Assembly (NCBI GenBank): GCA_038826985.1
Contig: JAWBNY010000001.1
Location: 1-29,397, forward strand
Length of the DNA stretch: 29,397 nucleotides
Direction: 5' to 3'
From: Candidatus Bathyarchaeia archaeon
GTDB lineage: Archaea; Thermoproteota; Bathyarchaeia; RBG-16-48-13; GCA-020355125
In this document: piece by piece, positions 1 through 7,936 of the stretch
How the letters are laid out: every line of letters begins with the position of its first letter
How positions within the stretch are numbered: the stretch's first letter is position 1
Position numbers and translations under genes: made by a program
Notes under the pieces: model-generated
What the model saw: only the letters and a program-made list of their open reading frames with translations
Told to the model about the DNA's origin: nothing
The model's database searches: none

Positions 1-1310
1 GACCTCAATAACTCGCATAGTTCCCCTTTCCTTATGATATAGGCCTCCTTAGCAGAGATCTGGAAGTTGTATCTGCGAGAATCGATGGAAGGTATCTTGT
101 CCCCTTTAAGATATATTCCATCTCTAGTTTCTCGGATGATCTCTTCTGCCTCCCAGTCACCTTTCTCGATGTATGTATTTGTCATCCTTATCAACGGTGC
201 AAAAAGGTAGGAGGAGGCTCTCATAGCTCCATTAGGTTGTGCACCGTATTGGACTGCTGTTTCCCTGCTGTGGAGGAAGTCTCGAAGTACACCTTTTTCT
301 ATGTGAACTATTCGCTTGGAGGGGACTCCTTCATCATCATACTTGAACGAACCAAAGTAACCATCCAATGTAGCATCTGAAACTATTGTAAGCGTCTCTG
401 AGAAGACTCTCTGCCCAACCTTGTCCTTCCACCAAGTTCGCCCAGCCCAAGCAGCTTCTTTCCCCAAGACTCTGTCAGCCTCCGATGGATGCCCAACAAT
501 CTCGTGACAAAGCAAACTACAAAACTCTGGGTCAAGCACAACAGTTGTCTCACCAGTTGGTGTAGGTTTAGCCCCTGCCAGCATAGCTGCTTTCTGACCA
601 ACAATTTTGCCGTGTTCAACAAGGTCATATTCTTTAACAAACTCGTAACCACCCATGCCGCCGAAAGTGTCTGAGTAATACTCTGAGACACCTTCTTTAA
701 TGGCTTGAGCAAACACACCACCAAACACAACCTTCTCTACCTGTCTTATCGCAGCACCCTCAGAGGAAACAAATGTCTTGTCAACGTTGAGAAAACTCAA
801 CCCAGCAGATGATTTCTTTACAGCGGGATCCGCCCTTAAGGCTTCCACACTTGATTCAACGCACTGCTTCATTTTTTCATCCAACGAAATGTTATATGGA
901 GAGATCCTTTCGGTTTGAACTACCGTGTCTGTTACCACCTTCGTCGGCGCTAGGACGACTGGTTGAGAATCTCTTAGAGCAACTGCTAGTTTAACAGCGG
1001 CTTCCACAACACGAGCAATTATCTCAGCTTGGTTATTCCGGTCTACTCTAGAGGCTGAAAATCCCCACGCTCCACCTGCTAGTGCTCTTACTCCAATTCC
1101 CATTTCAAATGAGTGCCCAACCTCTTTAGGCTTGCCATCCTCAGCACTAACCGATTCTGAAGATATCGATTCCAATCGTAGGTCAATGTAGCACGCACCT
1201 AGGCGTAACCCCTGTTCAATGTATCTCTGAAGCCCATCAACCAAGTCTGTAGCCTCATGATCTATCTCGTAGACATTCTTTAATGAGCGTTCTGGAAAGT
1301 AACGGAACAT
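1..1310 (-). CDS. tldD: TldD/PmbA-family metalloprotease (TldD type), 3' end runs off the window
   Basis: Not in the ORF track because no stop lies inside the window. Manual translation from ATG 1310 gives MFRYFPERSLK..., with N-terminal 'YIDLRLE...GIGVRALAGGAWGF', the metal-binding HExxxH motif in 'VVLDPEFCSLLCHEIVGHPSEADRV', and C-terminal 'DDEGVP...RMTNTYIEKGD...FQISAKEAYIIRKGEL'. Confidence 0.9.
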   Translation of the reverse strand, partial: MFRYFPERSLKNVYEIDHEATDLVDGLQRYIEQGLRLGACYIDLRLESISSESVSAEDGKPKEVGHSFEMGIGVRALAGGAWGFSASRVDRNNQAEIIARVVEAAVKLAVALRDSQPVVLAPTKVVTDTVVQTERISPYNISLDEKMKQCVESSVEALRADPAVKKSSAGLSFLNVDKTFVSSEGAAIRQVEKVVFGGVFAQAIKEGVSEYYSDTFGGMGGYEFVKEYDLVEHGKIVGQKAAMLAGAKPTPTGETTVVLDPEFCSLLCHEIVGHPSEADRVLGKEAAWAGRTWWKDKVGQRVFSETLTIVSDATLDGYFGSFKYDDEGVPSKRIVHIEKGVLRDFLHSRETAVQYGAQPNGAMRASSYLFAPLIRMTNTYIEKGDWEAEEIIRETRDGIYLKGDKIPSIDSRRYNFQISAKEAYIIRKGELCELLR

Positions 1311-1844
1311 CAATAAAATAGGAGAAAAGGTTTGCACGGCCAAAACCATATAGTACACAGCAAAGAATGCTATAGGCCTCGGAGAAATATTCCAAACACC
1401 CGGTCAAAACAGAAGCAAACTGTGTGTCAAAAGACTTCTCTTACAGCCATAACACACGTCATCTCCTCTTTGAAGGATATCTATGGTCAAGCATCTTCCT
1501 ATACAGCTTCGTTTACTTCATACATTTTCGATCAGCTATCCAATTCAGAACTTCTTGGTCACCACAATAGTGACAGGTCTTACGACTAGAATTCGCTAAG
1601 ATGTTTACCAAAACCAGTTTCCTTCAAACCCAGGAGCTATTGCCACCCCCACAGAACAAGCCCTCAACTTCATATGTTCTCACAGTCTTCATTCGTTTTA
1701 CCAACTCTTCGAGAACATAGTCTTCCATCAGGAAACTATGCTTAGACTTTTTAACTCAACATCAACTCCTTTTAATGACATGTCTTGCTAAAGAACTGAA
1801 AATAGAACATTTAGGAATGAGAGTCTAGAAACTTGATAGAAGAA

Positions 1845-3191
1845 CTATATATTCAGGTATTTCTTGAGCTCCCATTCTGAAACCTGCATACGATATTCAT
1901 CCCATTCCCTGCTCTTCGCCTCGATAAACTTCTCGAAAATGTAGTCACCTAAAGCACTGCGTGCCAGTTTGCTCTGTCTAAGCTCTTCGACAGCCTCGCC
2001 TAAGGATGCAGGAAGGGTCTTTATGTAGAACTTAGCTAGTTTCTTATCATCAAATTCGTAGACGTCTTCCTCCACTGGCTCGGGAGGTTCTATCTTGTTT
2101 CGAATTCCTTCCATTCCCGCTCTGAGCATTACTGTGAAGGCTAGGTATGGGTTACATGATGAATCTGGACATCTTAGTTCAAAACGGGTTGCTTTCTCAT
2201 TTCCAGGAAAGTATTCTGGTACACGTATCAACGCTGAACGATTCCTCCTAGCCCAACAGATGTACACAGGTGCTTCGTAGCCTGGCACAAGCCTTTTGTA
2301 GGAGTTCACAGTTGGAGACAGTACGCAACATATTTCACGAATGAACTTAAGTTGGCCGCCAAGAAAATGATAGGCTAAATCGGATAGTTTGTATTGGTCT
2401 TTTGCATCAAAAAAGGCATTTCTACCTGTGTTTATATCAAAAAGGCTTTGATGAACATGCATACCAGAGCCATTCACACCAAAGAATGGCTTTGGCATAA
2501 ATGTCGCATGAAGGCCATATGTCTGCGCAACCATCTTGATCACTGTTTTGAAAGTTATAGCGTTGTCTGCAGTTACAAGAGCTTCCTCAAACTTGAAGTC
2601 AATTTCGTGCTGACCAGGTGCAACCTCATGATGACTCATCTCAATATCAAAACCCATCTGCTGAAGAAAGAAGGTTGCTTGCCGTCTTACATCAATTGCC
2701 TCATCAATGGGTGAAAAGTCGAAATATCCTCCTTGGTCATGAGGTAAGAACCTGCCTGGGTTACTATTATCACTCTTCAGTAGGAAGAACTCCAGCTCGG
2801 GACCAGTGTTGTACACATATCCTTGCTGCCTCAAATCTTTCAAAGTTCTCTTTAGGAGAGACCTAGGGTCACCCTCAAACGGCTTTCCTCCAGGCCTAAG
2901 TATATCGCAGATCATGCGGGCTTCTCTCTTCTCTGCCGGTCTCCATGGTAATACTCTAAAAGTAGAAGGGTCAGGCATTGCTATCATATCGCTCTCGTAT
3001 ATGCGGACAAATCCTTCTATGGAAGACCCGTCGAAGCCGTGACCATAATCTAGGGCCTCCTCTAAATGTTCAACTGGAATAACGACACTCTTTACGGTGC
3101 CAAATATGTCAACAAATTGGAGTGATATGAGCCGGACATCTGCCTTCTTTGCTTCCTCCAAAACTTTCATCTTCAATTCTTCATCTGACAT
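1845..3191 (-). CDS. glnA: Glutamine synthetase type I (GSI-alpha-like), 448 aa
   Basis: Motifs FDGSSIEGF, GPELEFF, HHEVAPGQHEIDF, ATFMPKP..GVNGSGMHVHQSL, YKRLVPGYEAP, NRSALIRVP, RFELRCPDSSCNPYL. AGGAGA SD at 3206-3201. Confidence 0.97.
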   Translation of the reverse strand: MSDEELKMKVLEEAKKADVRLISLQFVDIFGTVKSVVIPVEHLEEALDYGHGFDGSSIEGFVRIYESDMIAMPDPSTFRVLPWRPAEKREARMICDILRPGGKPFEGDPRSLLKRTLKDLRQQGYVYNTGPELEFFLLKSDNSNPGRFLPHDQGGYFDFSPIDEAIDVRRQATFFLQQMGFDIEMSHHEVAPGQHEIDFKFEEALVTADNAITFKTVIKMVAQTYGLHATFMPKPFFGVNGSGMHVHQSLFDINTGRNAFFDAKDQYKLSDLAYHFLGGQLKFIREICCVLSPTVNSYKRLVPGYEAPVYICWARRNRSALIRVPEYFPGNEKATRFELRCPDSSCNPYLAFTVMLRAGMEGIRNKIEPPEPVEEDVYEFDDKKLAKFYIKTLPASLGEAVEELRQSKLARSALGDYIFEKFIEAKSREWDEYRMQVSEWELKKYLNI

Positions 3192-3236
3192 ACTCGCTTT
3201 TCTCCTAATGATCTGCCCAAATAATCAAAAATCCCA

Positions 3237-3252
3237 TATTTAAACTTATTTC
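3237..3252 (-). promoter_or_regulatory. Probable BRE/TATA promoter of glnA
   Basis: Minus strand reads GAAATAAG-TTTAAATA (TATA at 3244-3237), about 45 nt upstream of the ATG and followed by an SD. Confidence 0.6.
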
Positions 3253-3309
3253 ATAAAAATTATTCGAGTTATAATTGTAATATTTGTTCAATATTTTTTG
3301 GAAATATTA

Positions 3310-3340
3310 GACAATCAGATAGTTTCTTAGTTTGATTGTC
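3310..3340. promoter_or_regulatory. 8-bp perfect inverted repeat in the glnA / ATP-grasp divergent intergenic region (candidate operator)
   Basis: GACAATCA (3310-3317), 15-nt spacer, TGATTGTC (3333-3340). Confidence 0.35.
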
Positions 3341-3575
3341 CAGTATCAAACGCTTAAAAACCCTTCTAGTTCTACGAACTATTAACATTTCATCTGCTAA
3401 ATAATAGTGCTTAGAATTTCAAAAGTTTGGCATAGGTCTTTTATGAGAAGTGCTTCGTCTCATCAGAGCCTGCCGAAAAAAGAACAATTCTAATGGGTCC
3501 CGTGGTGAGGCAGGACAAACATGCAAAGGTTAATTCCTTGGAACTAAACAGTAGCCTCAGAACTGAGGTGGAATT

Positions 3576-4445
3576 CTGAAGGCGCTGATATATACAAATA
3601 ACCCCACCCGAGAGGAGGCCCTAATGCTGGACTCAGAGCTTAAGTCAAGAAAACATGACTCAGCACTCTGTGCTACTTGGGATATCGATATACCAGACCT
3701 TCAAAATTATGGTGAAGTGGACCTTATTTACGTAGTGACGCCAGTTCTATTTAGCGGAACAGCATTCGAGCTTGGGACTAGGCTAGTAACTTTGCAGAAG
3801 TGGAGTGAGAGTGCAATATTGATCAATCCGCTTTCAACTCTTCTTAAAGCAACCAAAGCCCATTTCACAGCACGTTGCGTAAGTTTGGGTATCCCACATC
3901 CAAAGACTCTAATAACGGAGAACCCAAGGAAGGCCTTGAACTTTGCATTAGATTTGTTTAACAAAGGTAAGATGGTCGTTATCAAGCCGGTGGCAAGGGG
4001 GGAAGGTGTGGGGGTTCGACTTCTCAAACCAGCTGACCCAGATACAATGTTAAGGTACCTCTTATGGTATTCTTCCGAGTATGGGAACAGAGTTTTCTAC
4101 CTACAAGAGTTTGTTGAAAATTTAGGATTCGACCTAAGGATATTCGTAATAGACGGACAAGTTGTCGGAAGGATGAAACGAATAAAAGGCTCAGACTTCC
4201 GCTACAATTTGGCGTGTGGAGGGGGTAGCGAGCCATTTATAGGATCCGAATATGATGCGCTGGCAGTAAGATCCGCAGAGGCTATGGGTGCAAAGGTTGC
4301 AGGAGTCGATATAATGCCTACACGCGACACCGCCGTTGTGGTAGAGGTCAACATACATCCAGGTTTTCGAGGGCTCGTTGCCGCAACTGGAATACCCATA
4401 CCAAAGCTTCTAGTAGACTATTTCGAATTGTTGACAAGTCGATAG
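3576..4445 (+). CDS. RimK/LysX/CofF-family ATP-grasp alpha-L-glutamate ligase, about 289 aa with a probable CTG start (ORF track starts at ATG 3624)
   Basis: ATP-grasp motifs VIKP..RGEGVGV, YLQEFV, DLRIFVIDG, FRYNLACGG, GVDIM, VEVNIHPGF. The in-frame upstream extension (L)KALIYTNNPTREEAL restores the family-type N-terminal beta strand and is preceded by GAGGTG (3565-3570). Confidence 0.85.
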   Translation: MKALIYTNNPTREEALMLDSELKSRKHDSALCATWDIDIPDLQNYGEVDLIYVVTPVLFSGTAFELGTRLVTLQKWSESAILINPLSTLLKATKAHFTARCVSLGIPHPKTLITENPRKALNFALDLFNKGKMVVIKPVARGEGVGVRLLKPADPDTMLRYLLWYSSEYGNRVFYLQEFVENLGFDLRIFVIDGQVVGRMKRIKGSDFRYNLACGGGSEPFIGSEYDALAVRSAEAMGAKVAGVDIMPTRDTAVVVEVNIHPGFRGLVAATGIPIPKLLVDYFELLTSR

Positions 4446-4777
4446 TTCGGCATTGTCAATGTAAACACAGAGTTTTACTAGCCCCTACATAAAACCTAGG
4501 GATTATTACCAGCTAGGCTCAGTCAAACGTCATAAAATGGTGCATCCAATCTAGAGCTTAACGAGGCTCTAAGGCTATCATTCAGCCTAGCCTGAATAAA
4601 AAACTTATGTTTCTTAGTCTAAAATCCACTATTAACAATTTTCTAAGCCTATCCAAGATTCAGTTAACTTTCATTTCTTATGTTAGGAAAGAAAGTGTAT
4701 CTTAAAGTAAACTTGCCAAGAAAAGCCATGTCAAGCTATATGATCAGGGAGCCAATAGAGGCGGCTAAAAGCGCATG

Positions 4778-4785
4778 TATATATA
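4778..4785 (+). promoter_or_regulatory. TATA-like box for a probably leaderless Lrp/AsnC-domain gene
   Basis: TATATATA preceded by an A-rich tract (CTAAAAG), about 30 nt before ATG 4810; no SD visible. Confidence 0.45.
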
Positions 4786-4809
4786 TTTCTCTATACTATA
4801 GTTTTTGTA

Positions 4810-5064
4810 ATGGAATATGTTTACATCTTAATTAACTCAGAGCCCATAAGGCTATGGGACGTCGCCGAGAAAGCGCTAAAGATTAAAGGAGTCCTAAGAG
4901 CAGACGCCGTTACAGGCGACTATGACGTTATAGTTTTGGCAGAGCTTGAAGATATGAGTCAACTCAGCAAGCTTATCAGAGAGGTTCAATCCATCCAAGG
5001 CGTCTTGCGAACCCATACATGCATCGTTGTACCGCGTTTCGAGACATATCGAGGGATTCTCTAA
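4810..5064 (+). CDS. Stand-alone Lrp/AsnC ligand-binding (RAM) domain protein, no HTH
   Basis: 84 aa with 'YILIN.EP...VAEKALKIKGV..A.AVTGDYDVIV.AE......L...I.EVQSIQGVLRTHTCIV', the AsnC C-terminal domain signature. Confidence 0.88.
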   Translation: MEYVYILINSEPIRLWDVAEKALKIKGVLRADAVTGDYDVIVLAELEDMSQLSKLIREVQSIQGVLRTHTCIVVPRFETYRGIL

Positions 5065-5173
5065 GACTGCCCTTCCAAAAGCTGAAACTTAACTTTACTA
5101 GAGCCAAAAACTACCTATTGGGCTGTGTTAACAGTGGATGAAATGAGACCAGATAGATGTCAAAGACCTCTGG

Positions 5174-6523
5174 CTAACCTTTCCTAAGCATCAGATTTGC
5201 GAGGTCGGCCGTAAGCGCGGTAGATTCCCACATCTCAGATACCGGCGGCGAATAACATGTATCCACCTTAGAGAGTTCCCAGACTGTTGCATGACATTGG
5301 ATAGCTATAGACATCATGTTTATCCTCTGAGCTACCTCCTCGCCGCCAACGACCTGTCCTCCGACTATACGCCCCGAGTCCCTTTCAACGACAATCTTAA
5401 CGCTGATATCCCTCGCACCAGGAAAGTATTCTGGCTTAGTTTTAGCGTTCAATACGGCTGATACCGTCGATAAACCAGAATCCATAGCCTTAGCCTCTGT
5501 AAGCCCAGTTGAACCTATCTCAAAGTCAAAGACTCTTGACACCCTAGAACAGAGGGCACCTGGAAAGATGCTGTATCCACCAGCAGCATTCATTCCAGCA
5601 GTTTTACCCTGTCTGACAGCAACAGTTCCAAGCGAAGCCAGCATAGGGAGACCAGTTATCAAGCTCAGCGTCTCTACACAGTCACCAGCAGCATAAACTC
5701 CCTGTATAGACGTCTGCATCTGGCAATCAACCTTAACTGCACCATCTGTGCCTAAGTCGCATCCGATCTTCTTGGCTAAGTCCGTCCTAGGCTTTATTCC
5801 GGTAGATAAGAGAACGATATCTGTATCAAAGACCTTTCCGCCAACTCTTACACCACGAGCCTTCCCATCCCCAATTATCTCGTTGACCTCTGCCCCTAAG
5901 GCTAACTTTACACCGTTCTCCTCCACCTTTTTCTGCACAACTCTAGCCATGTCTATGTCTACATCCCCCTGTAACACATGGGAGGCTCTATCTACCAAAG
6001 TTGTCCGTATATTATTTTTAGCGAGAGCATACGCCATCTGTAGGCCGATCATGTTTGCTCCTATTACGACTGCTTTTTCTGCTTGAAAGAGAGCATCCCT
6101 GATCCTGGATCCATCATTTAGGGTTCTAAGGCTGAATACGCCCTGCTTATCACAGCCCTTGAAAGAGGGGGTGGATGCCATGGCGCCAGTAGCTATGACT
6201 GCAACATCGTAAGGTATAGATTCTGCTTTACCATCTTCATGAATAACGCTAATCATCTTCTCATATATGTCGATAGTTTTCACGGAAGTCTTAGTTAGAA
6301 GCTCAATCCGCATAGAACGGAAATAGCTTGGAGAAAACATGACCAAATTTCCAAATCTAGGGATCTCACCAGCCAAAACATATGGTAGACCACATCTAGA
6401 GTAGGCGGCGTCTTCTTCCTCCGTGATCAGTATGATATCAGCATCTCTGTTGACTCGCCGTGCAGCAATCGCCGCGTTAACGCCTGCAGCGTTAGCCCCT
6501 ATTATGACTATAGAACCTACCAT
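5174..6523 (-). CDS. FAD-dependent pyridine nucleotide-disulfide oxidoreductase, CoA-disulfide reductase/NADH oxidase family (paralog A)
   Basis: FAD motif IIGANAAG, single redox Cys44 in YSRCGLPY, ATG motif (IATGA), degenerate NAD(P)H motif VIGANMIG, GD motif (YAAGDC), C-terminal DTCYSPP. AGGAG SD upstream. Confidence 0.9.
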   Translation of the reverse strand: MVGSIVIIGANAAGVNAAIAARRVNRDADIILITEEEDAAYSRCGLPYVLAGEIPRFGNLVMFSPSYFRSMRIELLTKTSVKTIDIYEKMISVIHEDGKAESIPYDVAVIATGAMASTPSFKGCDKQGVFSLRTLNDGSRIRDALFQAEKAVVIGANMIGLQMAYALAKNNIRTTLVDRASHVLQGDVDIDMARVVQKKVEENGVKLALGAEVNEIIGDGKARGVRVGGKVFDTDIVLLSTGIKPRTDLAKKIGCDLGTDGAVKVDCQMQTSIQGVYAAGDCVETLSLITGLPMLASLGTVAVRQGKTAGMNAAGGYSIFPGALCSRVSRVFDFEIGSTGLTEAKAMDSGLSTVSAVLNAKTKPEYFPGARDISVKIVVERDSGRIVGGQVVGGEEVAQRINMMSIAIQCHATVWELSKVDTCYSPPVSEMWESTALTADLANLMLRKG

Positions 6524-6548
6524 ACAATTCTACTCCTAGTCCTTCTGC

Positions 6549-7910
6549 TCAGCCTCTCCTAAGCCTAGTAACTGCCAGCTCAGCTGCCAACGACACAGGT
6601 TCTATGGTTACATTGACGGGCGGTGCATAGCAAGTATCTGTCTTAGCAAGTTGCTGAACAGTCATGTGCATTTGGATCGCCGTGGCAAGCATGTTAACTC
6701 TTTGAGTAACCTCCTCTCCTGCAACAATTTGACCACCGATAACTCGGCCTAGGTCTCTCTCAACAACAAGCTTCACCTTTATGTCCTTTCCACCTGGATA
6801 ATACTCAGCCTTCGTCCTTGACGTTATAGAGCCAGTTACTGTCTTGTATCCAAGCCTTCGAGCTTGGAGCTCAGTGTAGCCGGTAGCTCCGACTTCAAAA
6901 CCAAAGATTTTTGTAACAGACGAACCTAGAACCCCTGGAAAGATAGAGTAACCACCTGCAGCATTTGTCCCAGCTACCTTGGCCTGTCTCACCGCCGTCG
7001 TCCCAAGCTGATTTCTTGTAGGCTGCCAGTCGATCAGGCTGTATGACTCTACGCAGTCTCCACATGCGTACACATTAGGAACAGCGGTAGACATATCTGC
7101 ACTGGTTTTTATGCCGCCAGTTACTCCAAGCTCAACTCCCAGCGGTTTGACAAGTTCGGTTCTAGTTCTTACACCAGTAGCCATGAGAACGAGGTCGGCA
7201 TCAAGCTTCCTTTCGCCAATATCTTTCCCGCTAATAACAACACCATTCACATGTTTTTCACCCTCGATCTCCTTCACTACAGCTCCAACAATGACTTTGA
7301 CGCCATGTTCTTGGATCTTCTCTGCAACTATGCTTGCCATGTCCCAATCAAGCATAGCTGGGCAGACCTGCGGTAACATCTCCACAATTGTCGTGTTAAT
7401 GTGGTTCTCAACAAAGGCGTGAGCTGTCTCAAGACCGATTAGTCCTGCACCTATAACAACAGCTGACTTTGCGTCTTTCATCGCTTCCTGTAACCGCCGT
7501 CCATCATCTATCGTCCTCAGAGTGTACACGCCTTCTTTATCAGCCCCTTTAATGGAAGGAATAAAAGAACGCCCTCCGGTGGCGATTATTAGTGAATCAT
7601 AATGCAGCTCCTGTTCAACCCCATCTTTCTCAATAACAACTGTGCGTTCGGCTGGCTTTATCTCCTTTGCATTGGTCTCGAGGCGGAGATCCAAGTTCAT
7701 CATGTTGTACCATTGAGTTGGAAAGACGATTAGGTCATCAAAACTTTTTATTTGACCTGCAAGAACATAAGGGAGTCCACATCTTGAGTATGCAGGATAC
7801 TTTTCAGACTCTACAAGGATGATTTCTGCCTCTCTATCCGTCTTTCGCGCCGCTGAGGCTGCAGTAGACCCGGCTGCATTGTTACCAATAATCACGATCT
7901 TTCTGGCCAT
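6549..7910 (-). CDS. FAD-dependent pyridine nucleotide-disulfide oxidoreductase, CoA-disulfide reductase/NADH oxidase family (paralog B)
   Basis: IIGNNAAG, Cys44 in YSRCGLPY, IATGG, canonical VIGAGLIGLE...VE, YACGDC, C-terminal DTCYAPP. GGAGG SD at 7925-7921. Confidence 0.92.
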   Translation of the reverse strand: MARKIVIIGNNAAGSTAASAARKTDREAEIILVESEKYPAYSRCGLPYVLAGQIKSFDDLIVFPTQWYNMMNLDLRLETNAKEIKPAERTVVIEKDGVEQELHYDSLIIATGGRSFIPSIKGADKEGVYTLRTIDDGRRLQEAMKDAKSAVVIGAGLIGLETAHAFVENHINTTIVEMLPQVCPAMLDWDMASIVAEKIQEHGVKVIVGAVVKEIEGEKHVNGVVISGKDIGERKLDADLVLMATGVRTRTELVKPLGVELGVTGGIKTSADMSTAVPNVYACGDCVESYSLIDWQPTRNQLGTTAVRQAKVAGTNAAGGYSIFPGVLGSSVTKIFGFEVGATGYTELQARRLGYKTVTGSITSRTKAEYYPGGKDIKVKLVVERDLGRVIGGQIVAGEEVTQRVNMLATAIQMHMTVQQLAKTDTCYAPPVNVTIEPVSLAAELAVTRLRRG

Positions 7911-7936
7911 CTAGCGTAACCCTCCATCGAATGTGC

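Noticed and set aside
1332-1589. 85-aa plus-strand ORF between tldD and glnA
   Set aside because: TTG start without SD, no recognisable motif, atypical composition.
3245-3345. NrpR (GGAA-N6-TTCC) or GlnR/TnrA (TGTNA-N7-TNACA) operator upstream of glnA
   Set aside because: No exact match. The closest, TGTAA-N7-TCAAT, has two mismatches in the right half-site.
3555-3590. Box C/D sRNA suggested by several CTGA tetramers
   Set aside because: No convincing RTGATGA C box at suitable spacing, and the CTGAs are explained by the SD and coding start.
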